Origin: Paraspadella gotoi
Taxonomy: Eukaryota; Animalia; Chaetognatha
NCBI GenBank assembly: GCA_051294375.1
Contig: CM119264.1
Location: 346,148 to 410,147, forward strand
Reading direction: 5' to 3'
Length of the DNA: 64,000 bases
The notes beneath the pieces were generated by a model. It saw only the letters and a program-made list of their open reading frames with translations. It did no database searches and was not told where the DNA came from. Positions 11,961 to 22,597 of the stretch are shown one piece after another. Position 1 is the first letter of the stretch. Every line of letters starts with the position of its first letter. Both the position numbers and the translations under genes were made by a program.

Positions 11961-14900
11961 TATATTGTAGGTGGGTTGAACTTGAAAATTTTGTATATGG
12001 GGAAGAAAGTGTGTGATTGAAGCAGAAATAGTTCGAGGAATGTCTAGGGTGAGAAATGAGTTTGAAATGGGAAAATAAGCTACTTTACCTGATTTTTTTC
12101 TTTTTTTTGTTTATATTATGATCGATGTAGAATAAATTTTGTATGTAGTAGGAATTGTGTGTGATTTGGGGAAAATAAGTTTTGATGATCGTGCAAGTGG
12201 AAATTGAGTTAAAATTAAAAAAAAATTTAACTATGTCTGATTAAGTTTTTTTCTTTTTATTAAATGTAAATGAGAGCTGTATAATTAATTATTTATATAT
12301 GTAAATTATAATGTTTTGACGCCTCGTGGCGGCGAAGCGTGTCGTTTTCCCGGCGGAATGAAACGTTCAACGTCCGGGAGTCCGGGCGGACGACTGGCGA
12401 TTGAGACGGCAATAAGTAGGGAAAAGTTTTACAACTGATTAAGTGCGAGAAAAGGGGGAAAATAAGGGGACAATTGGTATCCGTTTATATTTTAACTTTA
12501 GCGAATGTTTTAGAGAGAGAAAGAGTTGCCTTAGACGTTAAATCGTTTTTAACACGTTGGGGTTTATTTTTGATTGAATTTATTCTCACGTTTTATATTT
12601 AATCTCGGAAATTAAAGAATTAATTTTACACTCGTTTTTTATGAATACAAACATTTATATTCGTTCCTGTCGCCAAATTGTTTTGTTGATAAATAAACCG
12701 TCGTCAACTGTTGCAAACATGAAAGTTATTTAAATAAGAACTCAAGTCAGCAACGTGATCGAAACTAAGAGGCAAACAAATAAATTATATAATATGATTT
12801 GTAATGTGATTTAATTTATTAATTTAATTTTGTGTTCGAGATTTTAGTTTTGTGATTTAGAGGCGAGACAGAACTTTAAAAGATTTTTGAAAGAATAAAA
12901 AATAATTATAATAATAACTAATTAATTATTTAAATTCTATTAATTAAATTTCTTTACGTGCCTTTGATCGTGGACAGAATTCGGCATTGTTTGTCAACCA
13001 TTGTTTAATTAGTGGTTGAAGGAGTTAAGAAACATTCTGGGTTTTGGAGTGCTTTTAAGAAATTTAGTACTATATAAAATAGAACTTCATAGTTTTGGTA
13101 ACGGTTTTACTGTTTTTCTTCTTTCTTTCTTTTTTTTTCCTTTTTATTTTTATAGTTGTTTGATTTCTGCTTTTTTCGCCTTTTTACGTGCCTTTTTTTT
13201 GCTTTATTTCCTATTATCATAGTGCTCTCTTGTCTCTTCTCTCTTTCTCTTTCGTTTCTCTCTCTCTCTTTCGTGGTGAAAGCAACGATTGCAAGTTTAC
13301 CGCTTCTTTTCCATCCATCAATAGAAGGGAGAGAGGGAGAGAGAGAGTGAGAGAGACGCAGACGAGAGAGAGGTGAGTGAGGCAGAGAGACTAGAGAAGG
13401 AGAGAATAAAAAAGAAGTACGTGTATGCAATGTCAAAAAGCACACGTAATTTTTTTTTCTAATGTAAAAGTTGTGAAGAATGTAAACGGGTAATAGAATG
13501 AAAAGGAATAACATTGGAAGAGAATAAGTTAAAGAAAAAAGGGGAGAACAAGGTTTGAGCAAGCAGTGTCTGCTACGATAATTAGTGGTAATGCACTAAA
13601 TCCGATGATAAATCTAGTAATGTTTGTCTGACTCTATTTGTGATAATAAAATATAAGACTTCTTATAATCTAGAAAAGAAAAAATTATTTATCAATATTA
13701 CCAGTAGCATTGTCTCAGATACTAATTGATAATGGTAAACTTTCATAATGTGGGTCATCTCGCATAATTTGGGGTCAAACAGGCTAATTGGGTGAATTCG
13801 GCATAATATGGTCAAACTGGTAGATTTATATTTCATACTTGCAAAATGTGGTAAATTGCATAATTTGGTCAAGCCATGGGCATTAATTTGGTTAACTGGC
13901 AATTTTGGTCAACTTGTAAAAAATTGGTTTTGGGGTCAAGCTGAAATAATTTGGACAATGGCATAATTTGTTAACTTGGCATATATTGATAATTTGGACA
14001 ATGGCATAATTGGTTACCGTTGCTTATATTGGGTCATTGGTATATTAATTGAGTCAATGGCATAAGATTTTGGTTAACTTGCTTAATTTGGTCAACTGCA
14101 TACATGTTTTGATTTTATGTTTTGTGTGTAATGTGCCTGAAGCCAAGAAAGGGAAATTAGGTCAACATTGTTTTGAACATGGCTTTACATGTAATCGCCG
14201 AAGCTGAATTAGGTCAAGAAGGTAAAATCGTAATTGAAGTTTGTGAGATATTCGAGTCTCTTAAAAGGTAAAAAACGATTTATTTTATCGTTTTTAATTT
14301 TTTATGTTTTACTAATTTTATTTTTCTTTTCCAGTCATCGTGGGAGCTCCAATTAGTCGCGGGATCATCGACATTCGCGGGATCATCGACATGGTGAGAT
14401 CATCGCGTCGCGGGATCAGTAAGTGTTATCTAATGGGTAAGTATTTGTTCATTTTAATATTTATTTCAGACTTAACCTTTTTTTTTTTTACAGTCACGAT
14501 TTAACCGGATAGGTGAGGATTCGTCTTCGAGGGATCGCCGTGGGATTTGTCTTCGAGGGAATCGTCGCAGAGGATCGGGGTAAGTATACATTTTCGTGGA
14601 GATGGTGATCTTCCTGGGAATTCATCTTCATTGAGGAATTTCGCGTTAACGGGGATGATTTGGGTTTACTTTGCGGATCGATTGGCGTTTCATTGCGGGG
14701 GTTTCGGCTTTTTCGGGAGTGGATTTTGCTCATACAGGTAAGATATTGGTAAGTTTTAGTTGAATTTAATGTTTTATCTTTCAGAAATGAATCATCAATG
14801 AGAGGAAGGGGCGCACAACATAATTTTGGTTTTTTTTGAAAATATTGGAATTAATTTGGTAATTTTACCAATGAATATCAGCGAGTAAGAAGAAGATAAT

Positions 14901-16484
14901 AATGAACACTTAAATTGGGGGAGAACGATGATTAGTTACCTAGTGTAGGTGAGAGTCTAGATTAAAAACGGAGAACTTCCGTAGCGATTTTTGAAATAAT
15001 ATTGAGGATAGGAAATACTTTTGTCTCGTGAAAAGTGTTTACATGAATCGATCAATAAATGAAGTTCAGTGAGTGAGTTTTGCGTCGATCTAATACTACA
15101 AAAAAATTTTTATAGAAATGAAACTTAATGTAACGTCCCATACAATATTCGATCTTTCAAATCTTGCGTGCCTCTTCTCGTCTGGCAATGCTCAAGGGTG
15201 TCTTCGTCGGTGCGTTGATGATGGTCGCATAATGAACTCCGAGTAATGGAGTATTTGTTAACACGGATACAGAACTCTTGCGGAAAAATTGGGCCAAAGC
15301 ATCGTGACAAACTCGCCAGTAGGTGTTTCGTCGCAAACGGCTCGAGAATAGGGAGGTCCTGGGCGACGAAATTCCAGGATCTCGTGACCTCGAGAGTGGA
15401 GTAACGGTTGAGGCGATCGGGGTCCTACGCTATCTCGAGATGGACGCGGGGACGTGGCGGGACTTCATCATTGGATATCCCTACAAGAGGTAAGTATTTT
15501 GAAGTATTTAGATTATAATTAAAGGATTTGCCAAAGATTATGAGTTGTAAGTACCAAACGATTGAGACTTCCGACGTCGGTGTTCAATGCCGAGGCAGAC
15601 GTTCTTTGACTGGACCGAGTTTTCGTTGACTGAGGCGACGTTTTGTTGAGTTGACTTTCTGACGAGGTTTCGTTGATTGAGGCCGACACGTTTCGTTGAT
15701 TGGGCCGACGTTTCCATTTTTTTCTCAATTATGAGAAGAGAGAGAGTTTTGTGGAGATATCTATATTTTTGGACTTGAAAGTAAGTTGATAATTTTAGAA
15801 AGAGTTATGATTTTGTTTCACAATAGATCAACACAATTTGAGTTATGAGTGAAATATTTAATGTTTAAAATATGAATCCATCTCAAAGGTGAGAATTTTT
15901 TTTGTCAAGCTGTTGATCTTTAGGTAGCAACGACTTTCTCCTGGGTCTCTGAGATGAGCGGCTCAAAGCTTCGCGTAGATTGCGTGATCTGTAAGGATGG
16001 AGGTCGGGTTGGGCGTGGGTCAGGATCCATTGGATTTTCTGGGGGGTCGGGTGAGGGGGGGTGGGTGGAAGGGTTATTAATATTTAATTTTTATTTAATT
16101 TTTTTTTAGGTGTGGCGGCCGGCGACCGGACGACGACGGAGGGTCAACAAGGAGCGCGAGGGATTCGAACGAGGCGGCGATCGAGGGCGGTAAGTATCAG
16201 GTGAGTATATATTATATTATTTATTTTTATTTTCAGGTACGTATGAAAAAATTGACTGGTTGCACCCGGGAGGTGGTCGGAGGTGGGTGGAGGAGGGCGG
16301 CGGGTGGTGGGGCGCTCTCTTTGCGTATGATGCATCGTCGTTGTTCCATTTGACAGTCGTGCAGGTAAGTGAGGTAAGTTTGGTTATGAGAAAATAAATC
16401 ATGTATAAAAAAAAAAAGGTGTCGATTTCGCCGATGATTTTTGTAATCATTTTTTAAATATCTTAAATGATTATTCTTTTCAGA

Positions 16485-16910
16485 GTTTTATCGCTCTCAC
16501 AAGGCGATCTTTTATAGAGGAAGGCGGAGAGGAGGTTTCCCGGCTGAAGTCCACGTCCTTGGAGGACGGCGAATTCTTTCAGTTTGCTCTTTCCTTCTTG
16601 AGATTTAAATAAACGCGAAGATCTTGATCCTTCTTCACGGATTTTCTTTTATGCCTGGCGGCGTCTACCTCTCTTCGAATTCGTCGCGTCTTGCTTGACC
16701 ATCTCTTTGGGTTAGCGGAATTTTGGAGATCTTTCTGGAGGTAAGTTAATTTTATTTATTTGTATTTTTACCTTTTTATTTAGGTTTTTCTTACGGATTC
16801 ATTGGCGGGAGTTTGGCGAGTAGAAAGGACGAAGGGGTTGCGCAGCGTCGCTGTGTCGTGGAACTTGCTCGGAGTATCGACCTTTTCGAGTTCATTTTCA
16901 CTGGAGGTCC
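16485..16910 (-). CDS. Cassette gene B' (paralogue of B, 2 exons, frameshifted probably by read noise)
   Basis: Minus-strand intron 16735-16794 (GTAAG...CCAG). The C-terminal motif is shared with gene B. Confidence 0.5.
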
Positions 16911-18534
16911 ATCTTTAATTTTATTCTAACTGTACCTGGTACTTTAAAAAACAACAAAAAAAGCTATGAGTCACACAGTCTATCGCGCACCACTTATGTT
17001 CTATACACTAAGTCCGCAAGATTTTTTGTTTATTCGTTATCTATTCTTTTAAAGGGATGATCCTTCACCGGTGGTCTTGAGCGGGGCCTGGTTTCTTCGG
17101 CCCTGGGCGGGCTGCCTCTAGATAGTAGGCGCGAGAGGGCCAGTGGAGAGGATTCCGAGGAACCTTCTCATCATCTCCGGTTCTCCTCCGCGGCATCCTC
17201 CTCCACGACGGAGTGGGGTAGTAGCGGCGTACTCGTCATAGTATTCTAATTATTGTAATGCAGGTAAGTTATTATTTGGTGGTTTTACTGTTTTATTGTT
17301 TATTATTTTTTTTAGGTTTTCGTGGATTGACTTATTTGGCCACCTTGAATTCGAGGATGTGGGCGCAGATGTGCCTAAGCGATTTCTGAATATATCTAGA
17401 TATCGACTGAACATGGAGAAAGGAACAACTGAAACGAGGTAATGAGAATGATAATGATGGTTTTTAAAACATGAGGATTAAACACATTTTTTATTATTCC
17501 TCATTTTTCATTTGAGTTATTTTCGCGGATGGTAACAGAACGTATCTCTTTCCTTGTGATCTTTCTCATTTTCTCGCGAGTCTTTTTAGAGCGCGACTTT
17601 TCTCTCATTTAAAAGTTTGTTTCTTCATTTCTGAATCATCTTCTCGCAGGACTTCATTCTCATTTTGGGCGTTCTCTTCGCGTGCGGTTGGCAATCTCGC
17701 GAGCTTTTTTCGTTTTCGTCGCCGTTTTCTGAATGTCGACCAAGACATTCCTCCGAAGTCATTACAAGTTAAAAAAAGTTAAATTCGAATTTTGGCATCT
17801 CTACAGTTTGCTTATTGATTACGAAATTTTCTAACTCGAATTTTAGTACGCGTCCTTAATTATCTTTTTTCGCATCGAAAGCTCCGAAATTTATTCTTTC
17901 GAATTGTCGAATTTTTTACTATACGAAGCGCATCGCCAAATCGTATCTCTTTCGCGAGTCTCGTTATTTTTCCAATTGAAATTATTTAGCGAATTATTAT
18001 ACAATTCGAGTAATTCAAATACTATTGCATGATACTTAGTTTGCAAGTTCAGAATAGTCCATTTTTACTTGCGAAATTGAATATCGATACATCACGGCTA
18101 AGAGAAAAATTATTTCATATTATTCAACGTAATTAACATAAACAAAGTATTTCCTTCGAAGTCGTCTCGCCGATCCTTTACGCCGATTGAATCCTTCTCG
18201 TCACCCATTTGCCATCAGCGGTTGAATTTCTCCCTATTTGTTGCGCGGGTTGAATTTCTTCTTGTCCGCGTCGATGAAATCCCCTCGCCGCTGTCGCAGA
18301 AGCCTAAAAAAAAGAAGAAATATAGTAAGTTATCAAAAAAAATAAGGATACAAAATTCACGCGTCCAGTGAATTTTTGTCGCCGTCGAATCTCGGTCGCC
18401 GTCAAATCCTCGTCGGTCGAATCCCATAGTCGCGTCGACTAAATAAAAAATAATAAAATTAAAATTTAATTTCAAGAACAACAACATTGTATTAAATCGT
18501 GTTGATGAAGTCCATTCTGTAAAAGGAAATATTA

Positions 18535-18693
18535 ACATGGTGATTAAACTTTCTTTCGATTTGTGTTTTGTAGGTAATTGAAATAAGAGACAAGTCACAC
18601 TGATGAAGCGGCTTGAAATGAAAGGAACTGTCTTGTACATAAAATAAAATGCGTTGGCTGTAATACAAGAGACTTTGTCTTCATTTTTCAATT
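18535..18693 (+). mobile_element. 159-bp insertion with a hammerhead-like motif (Penelope pLTR/retrozyme-like)
   Basis: Flanked by direct repeat AGGAAATATTA (18524-18534 and 18694-18704), with a single empty site in copy 1 (3037-3047). Contains CTGATGA at 18600, then GGCTT-GAAAT-AAG, then GAAC/GATAC-TGTC, then AATAAA, and terminal stem AGACAAGTC/GACTTTGTCT. Second copy at 27058-27218. Confidence 0.5.
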
Positions 18694-21091
18694 AGGAAAT
18701 ATTAGAAAATTTCACATGTTTCAACCCCAACTTTACTGCAGATTATCCAGCTTGTTTAATTCTCATTTCACAAATGGAAGAATCGATGGAGGATGTAGTT
18801 CATCGACGAAGACATGCATACGTTTGGTGGAATTTCATTTCTGCCAAACCATCGCCAAACTCGCCGCATCCATTCCGGTGAGTTTCTTGAGCAGATGACA
18901 TATAGAAAATACATGAAGTCTGCAGAATGGCGCCTACGAAACATCCGGTCGTCGGAATCGAAGACGGAGCCGATGCAAGCTTGAATGAATCGACATTCGG
19001 AGGATGCTCGTCGAATTTAGAAAGAAATAGGGCAGCACGAAAAAGCTCGCGAGAAAAGTCGCTCGGCGATACAAAACGCGAAGAAAAAAGAAGGAGCGAG
19101 AATGAGAATTTGGAAAAGAGGAGTGGCTGAGATGAGAATTGCATTTTAAGATGAGAGAGAGAGTGCGACTCTAGAAAAATGCGACGCGGAAGATGAGAAA
19201 GATTCGAGAGGAAAGGAGAGATCGGCGCTATTCTCATCAAGCGCTAAATGTGGAATCTTCCAAGATATAAATGCCATGAACGTTCTTTTTGAACTCTAAC
19301 TTCAACTTACCATTTTTATAGTTTTGTTCATTTAGATGATTGATGATTATTATTAAGATGTTGGTCTTCTAGCAAAAAAATAGATGATTTGTTCTTTATT
19401 TTGATACTTAACTTTAACATTCAGGTCGTATTCAGTATACATTTCGAAAACTTTCAACATCTCGAGGAATATGAATCAGGAGATCAGAGATAGGCACAAG
19501 TAAGGTCATTTGCAGGAAAGACCTGAGAAGCATAATATTAATAATATATCAAGTAATAAAACTAACAATAATACTTACCTGCAGCCAACAGTCTAACTGG
19601 AAGTATGCAAGCCGCACTAGTTACGCAAGAGCATCCAGGTGGATAGATTAGGACTCATCCCGGGCGAGCGATGGCAGAAGAAAGGCGGGAATAAGATGAG
19701 AGAAATTTGCCATCAGGCAAACTGCGTCTCACCGGTATTCGTAATATACGCTGCACTACTACGCCTGGAGGCGGGTCCCAAGTGCGCACAAGGATTGGAG
19801 CTGACACACAATTCCACTGATGACGCGGGATGCGTCTCGATTAAAAAAAATAACATAAAAGAACAGAGAGTAAGTTGATTTTGACAAGGAGGAGTGTGAT
19901 GATCAAGGACTCCGTCCAGTTGTTGTTTGATATTTTTTCTTATGGTTTTTTTTAAATACGCAGTAGCACTTTCGAATTAGTTGACAAAATGAAAATATCT
20001 AAAACGAACTTGAAGAAGCGAGCTCAGTGTAAGATTCAACGCGGACAGAGATGTGTGTCGTCGAGCCATCTCGGAACTATTGCGAAGGACGACTAAAGCG
20101 AATAAGAAGGGCGAAAAAGTGAGGAAAGAGAGCAATCCCGTAAGCAACAGCCAAGGAAACGCTGAATTTGGCCATCCCAAAGATGACGAGCGTGAAGATT
20201 TGGCACCAGGATTGCAACTGAGACTCGATCCTGGACCGGCAAGCGCCAAATACAACCATCCATCTTCAACAGTGAAAGGATGCTGAGGTGGAGATCGGAA
20301 TGACTCTGATATCTAAAAGCGAGATAAATATGTGGTAAATCAATTTTTATTATACATGATTTGAATTTCAGTTAAAGCCTTAATACAAACTCACTCTCGT
20401 GACCACCGTCAAATGACCAAGTAGCAGACCGCTCAGGAGTGCCTCACCGATAGCTCTCACACGCCTCCTCGAGCCAAACCCTTCCGGCTCAGTCTTTTTC
20501 GTATGTTTCTGAAAATAAATACAGAATTATATATATACATAACTGCCAACGCTGACTACGTTCAGCCGTGTGCCGGCGTCGTCGATGCACTTCATGTTGT
20601 CACGGTCGTCGAAATCCGCTCGATGGCGTCACGTCCGAATCCTCGTGGCGTGTCGAATACTCGACGCCGGTCGTCATCTCATCCGTGGCAATCTTGTCGC
20701 CGCCTGCACTAAAAAAAAAAAATAATTAAAACTTAAAATTAATAACCTTCACCACCCCTCACCGACCCCCCAGAAAAATCAAATGGATCCTGACCCACGC
20801 CAACCCGACCTCCATCTTACCAATCGGCAATCTTTCGGAAGTCTTTGGGCGGCCAATCTCAGAGACCAGGAGAAAGTCGTTGCTACCTAAAGATCAACAG
20901 CTTGACAAAAACAATCTCACTTTGAGGATGGAATTCTATTTTAAACATTAAATATTTCACTCATAACTCAAATTGTGTTGATCTAATTGATAGAACGAAA
21001 ACTTCTAACTTGTTCTAAAATGTGATTACCTCTACTATTACAGTCAAAAATGATATTCAAAACTCTTTCTCTCTCTTCAAATTGAGATAAA

Positions 21092-21808
21092 ATGGAACAG
21101 TCGGCCCAATGGAACGAAACGGTGCGCCCGCAATCACGAAACGTTCGGCCTCAGTCAATGAAACGTCGGCCTCAGTCAGCAAAATGTGCCTCAGTCAATC
21201 GAAAGTCGGCCAATCAACAAAATGTCGGGCCTCAGTCAACGAAAGCGTCGGCCCCATCAACGGAGCGTCGACAGCAGTCAACGAAGCGACGGCTCGGAGT
21301 GCTCGAAACGCGAGTCGGAAGTCTTCATCGTTGCGNNNNNNNNNNNNNNNNNNNNNNNNNTACGTCAAACTCATAAATTTTTCTTGGCAAATCCTTTAAA
21401 AATTATATCTAAATACTTCAAAATACTTACCTCTTGTAGGGAATTCCAATGATGAGAGTCCCGCCACGTCCCCGCGTCCAGTCTCGAGATAGCGTAGGAC
21501 CCCGATCGCCTCAACCGTTACTCCACTCTCGAGGTCACGAGATCCTTGGAATTCGTCGCCCAGGACCTCCCTATTCTCGAGCCGTTTGCGACGAAACCAC
21601 CTACTGGCGAGTTGGTCACGATGCTTTGGCCCAATTTTTCGGCGAAGAGTTCTGGATCCGTGTAAACAATACTCCATTACTCGGAGTTCATTATCGCGAC
21701 CATCATCAACGCACCGACAAAGACACCCTTGAGCATTGGCGCCACGAGGAAGAGGTCATCGCAAGATTGGAAAGATCGAATATTGATTTTTGGGACGGTT
21801 ACATGTAA
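21092..21808 (+). CDS. Cassette gene D (2 exons): N-terminal (NETSASV/NETSAPI)n repeats plus a ~120-aa orphan domain
   Basis: Exon 1 is cleanest at 1114-911 (minus) as METSAPINETS...EVSIVC. Donor GTACGT (seen at 29826). Acceptor TTGTAG ends at 21439, and exon 2 at 21440-21808 is in frame: GIPMMRVPPRPR...FWDGYM*. Further copies at 15125-15717 (-), 23580-24172 (-) and 29595-30290 (+). Confidence 0.6.
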
Positions 21809-22597
21809 ATGTTTGCATTTCTAAGAAAATTTTTTTTGTAGTATTAGATCGACGGCGAAAACTCACGTCCAACTTTCATTTATTGATTCATTCATAAAAC
21901 ACTTTTCACGGAGACAGAAAGTTTCCTATCCTCAATATTATTTTCAAAAAATTGCTACGGAAGTTCTCCGTTTTTAATTCATAGACTCACCTACACCTAG
22001 GTGAACTAATCATCGTTCTCCCCCAATTTAAGTGTCATTAGTTATTTCTTCTTTCTATTACTCGTGTTATGTCATTGGTAAATTGTACCAAATAATTCCG
22101 AATATTTTCAAAAAACACAAAAATTATGTTTGCGCCCCGTTCTCTCTCATTGATGATTCATTTCTGAAAGATAAAACATTAAAAATTCAACAAAAACTTA
22201 CCAAATACTTACCTGATGAAGCGAAGATCCAATCCCGCGAAGTGAAGATGGGGAAGATCCATCCCGCGAAGTGAAGACGCCGAAGATCCATCCCGCAAAG
22301 TGAAGACGCCGAAGATCCATCCCGCGAAGTGAAGACGCCGAAGATCCATCCCGCGAAGTGAAGAAGCCGAAGATCCATCCCACGAAATGTATACTTACCC
22401 GATCCTCTGCGACGATCCCTCGAAGACAAATCCCACGGCGATCCCTCGAAGACCAATCCTTCGCGATGATCCGTTGCTTATATTGGGTCATTGGTATATT
22501 AATTGAGTCAATGGCATAAGATTTTGGTTAACTTGCTTAATTTGGTCAACTGCATACATGTTTTGATTTTATGTTTTGTGTGTAAAGTATGCCTGAA

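Larger units (their letters stand above)
4852..14100 (+). repeat. Composite repeat block, inverted copy of sequence in 36865-39780 and 44990-54504
   Basis: 4852-8220 is the reverse complement of about 50830-54504. 11520-13340 is the reverse complement of 37560-39380, 45350-47210 and 48750-50610. 13340-14015 is the reverse complement of 36865-37560. Confidence 0.8.
14150..22470. mobile_element. Palindromic multigene cassette, copy 2 (~8.3 kb)
   Basis: About 14500-16110 is near-identical to the reverse complement of about 20700-22470. Inner arms 16110-17770 and 18770-20700 are diverged inverted paralogues. The cassette recurs three times in the window. Confidence 0.75.
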
